From: a virus
Lineage: Duplodnaviria; Caudoviricetes
DNA: 26,403 bases
IMG/VR virus record: IMGVR_UViG_3300016265_000130
Coordinates: 1-26,403 of that record
Direction: 5' to 3' (one strand)
Part shown: piece by piece, positions 25,076 through 26,403 of the stretch
How the letters are laid out: every line of letters begins with the position of its first letter
How positions within the stretch are numbered: the first letter of the stretch is position 1
Notes under the pieces: model-generated
What the model saw: only the letters and a program-made list of their open reading frames with translations
Databases searched by the model: none
Told to the model about the DNA's origin: nothing
Translations under genes and position numbers: made by a program

Positions 25076-25632
25076 CTTGCAATCTGCGCTTTTCTAACTT
25101 CGATAGCAAGGGCCTCGTTTTGTTCAAGCACAATGGTTTGCCACATTGTTTCAAACCGAGTCCAGACATCCCCCAATTCGCTTGGCGTATTCCAGACCAT
25201 TTCGTGTCTAACTTCTGCCAGCATCGCATCCAATTGTGTGCGAATCTTTACTCGTCTTAATGCTCTACGAGCAAGAGATTCACTGCCTTTATAGAGCTCT
25301 TTTGCTGAGGCTTCTTCAGCAATGTAAGCTTTTACAATTCTGTCATACTCATCCACAAAGTTGCCAAGGTGCTCCCATATATCATCAAGTACTTGATGTG
25401 GATCAGCATTCTTTACTTCTTGTACACGCTTTACTTCTTGGTTATACTGCTTTGTTTGCTCAGGTGTTGGGTCAACTATTTTGTGATACTGCTCTTTTAG
25501 ATCTTTAAGAACTCCGGATACGTCACCTGCTGTTGCCTTGATCTCTTTGTATAAAGCAACACCCTTTTTCGCCATATCGATGGCCGTGGTTGCTGCCTTA
25601 ATGGCAAGACCAATGCTGACCGGGTCAAGCAC
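24925..25632 (-). CDS. Coiled-coil protein with C-terminal TM anchor
   Basis: DPVSIG.A amphipathic N-terminus, helical core, RWRRRR then a TM helix. Confidence 0.7.
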   Translation of the reverse strand: MLDPVSIGLAIKAATTAIDMAKKGVALYKEIKATAGDVSGVLKDLKEQYHKIVDPTPEQTKQYNQEVKRVQEVKNADPHQVLDDIWEHLGNFVDEYDRIVKAYIAEEASAKELYKGSESLARRALRRVKIRTQLDAMLAEVRHEMVWNTPSELGDVWTRFETMWQTIVLEQNEALAIEVRKAQIARWRRRRTINRAKAMGAWIGAILFVLLWMWGVMILLRTSQTYRGLSYYVWQ

Positions 25633-25633
25633 A

Positions 25634-25855
25634 TTACTTATCCGCTTTGTTCTCTAAACGATCGAAAATTTTACTCAACATCTCTTTGATATCATCAATA
25701 TCTCGACGATAATCATCTTTGGTCACATAAGTCTTAGGCATTTCTCTAACATCATCATCCAGATCATCAATGGATTTGACGATGCGATAAAGAGCAAAGC
25801 TGCCAAAGAAAGCAGCCAAGCCTAAGATGATATTGAAAATCACTTGTACGTCCAT
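25634..25855 (-). CDS. Small TM + coiled-coil protein (holin/antiholin-type)
   Basis: N-terminal TM, then P..YV.KDDY..DI..I..ML.KIFD.L..KADK. Confidence 0.7.
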   Translation of the reverse strand: MDVQVIFNIILGLAAFFGSFALYRIVKSIDDLDDDVREMPKTYVTKDDYRRDIDDIKEMLSKIFDRLENKADK

Positions 25856-26050
25856 TTATTCCACCGGAACTGGCTCTTCAACAAGGGTTGCTTGTTCAGC
25901 AGCAAGCTGCTCATTGTAAGCTTGAATCTGCGGTGTTGCTTGTTGATGTATGAGATTGACCCAGTAAGCTGCGTCGGTGTATGACAACTTACCTAGTGCA
26001 GTCAAAAGACCATTCAACTCATCAACATTCAGTGTAATTGCAACGTTCAT
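25856..26050 (-). CDS. Small hypothetical protein downstream of the tail fibre
   Basis: Strong AAGGAG SD before ATG 26050; L..DE.N.LL.ALG.L.Y....I..QA.PQ pattern. Confidence 0.7.
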   Translation of the reverse strand: MNVAITLNVDELNGLLTALGKLSYTDAAYWVNLIHQQATPQIQAYNEQLAAEQATLVEEPVPVE

Positions 26051-26080
26051 ACTGTTCTCCTTTTTAGTTGTAGACATCGC

Positions 26081-26403
26081 CTACCTCGCACGGCTGTAGT
26101 TAAACGGCGACTCTGCGAATGCCATGTAAATGTATGTGCCGCCTGATGCGTTTGCTCCAGCATTTGATGCGCGAACTTTAAACCCGTTGGACAAAATATC
26201 TATTGTGTTTTCGCTGGTCGTCCAAGTTCCGTTTTCAGCGGTTGAATTGTTTGGATATAAAGAATAGTTCGTCAGGTTGTAAGTATTCCGCGCCGTGTCA
26301 TATACGCCCCAATCATTGATCGCATCGGTTCGCTTGATCATCACATAGCGTGGCCTAAACCCACAGTACACAAACGGGCCGTCTGTGCTGCCGTTGCCGG
26401 TGT
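26081..26403 (-). CDS. Tail fibre / receptor-binding protein C-terminus (5' partial)
   Basis: TGNGSTDGPFVYCGFRP..VMIKRTD ... DILSNGFK.R ... GGTYIYMAFAE.PF motifs of aquatic phage fibre proteins; frame runs off the window. Confidence 0.8.
   Translation of the reverse strand, partial: TGNGSTDGPFVYCGFRPRYVMIKRTDAINDWGVYDTARNTYNLTNYSLYPNNSTAENGTWTTSENTIDILSNGFKVRASNAGANASGGTYIYMAFAESPFNYSRAR

Noticed and set aside
26081-26403. Diversity-generating retroelement target at the fibre C-terminus
   Set aside because: No reverse transcriptase or template repeat visible in this window.
1-26403. Stop-codon reassignment or integrase/prophage boundaries
   Set aside because: Genes tile densely under the standard code, with TAA, TGA and TAG all used as stops; no integrase, att site or host genes seen.

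Overview
A 26.4 kb internal fragment of a tailed dsDNA bacteriophage with a Gram-negative host (spanins present). The ejection-protein-like genes and the absence of recognisable tail tube/sheath genes suggest podovirus-like morphology. Two convergent arms meet at about 12.19 kb. The + strand arm (1-12191) carries early and replication genes: DUF932, a pyrimidine-dimer glycosylase-like protein, a MazG-like NTP pyrophosphatase, a Zn-motif SSB-like protein, a family A DNA polymerase, a PD-(D/E)XK nuclease, VRR-NUC and a SNF2 helicase. These are followed by a compact operon that looks like a cytosine hypermodification system: T4 BGT-like GT-B glycosyltransferase, dNMP kinase fused to a degenerate UDG-fold domain, and a thymidylate-synthase-family enzyme with the dCMP-specific Asp. 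The - strand arm (12200-26403) carries a tail fibre end, an unusually gene-rich lysis cassette (GH19 endolysin, embedded spanin pair, extra lipoprotein, secreted peptide), head-tail/tail hub proteins and putative ejection proteins. Non-coding highlights are a 67-nt structured RNA candidate with a loop-E (GAA/AGUA) motif at 3750-3816 and a recurring TGAYYATTGAAAGG leader motif. All family calls come from motif recognition by eye; no searches were run.
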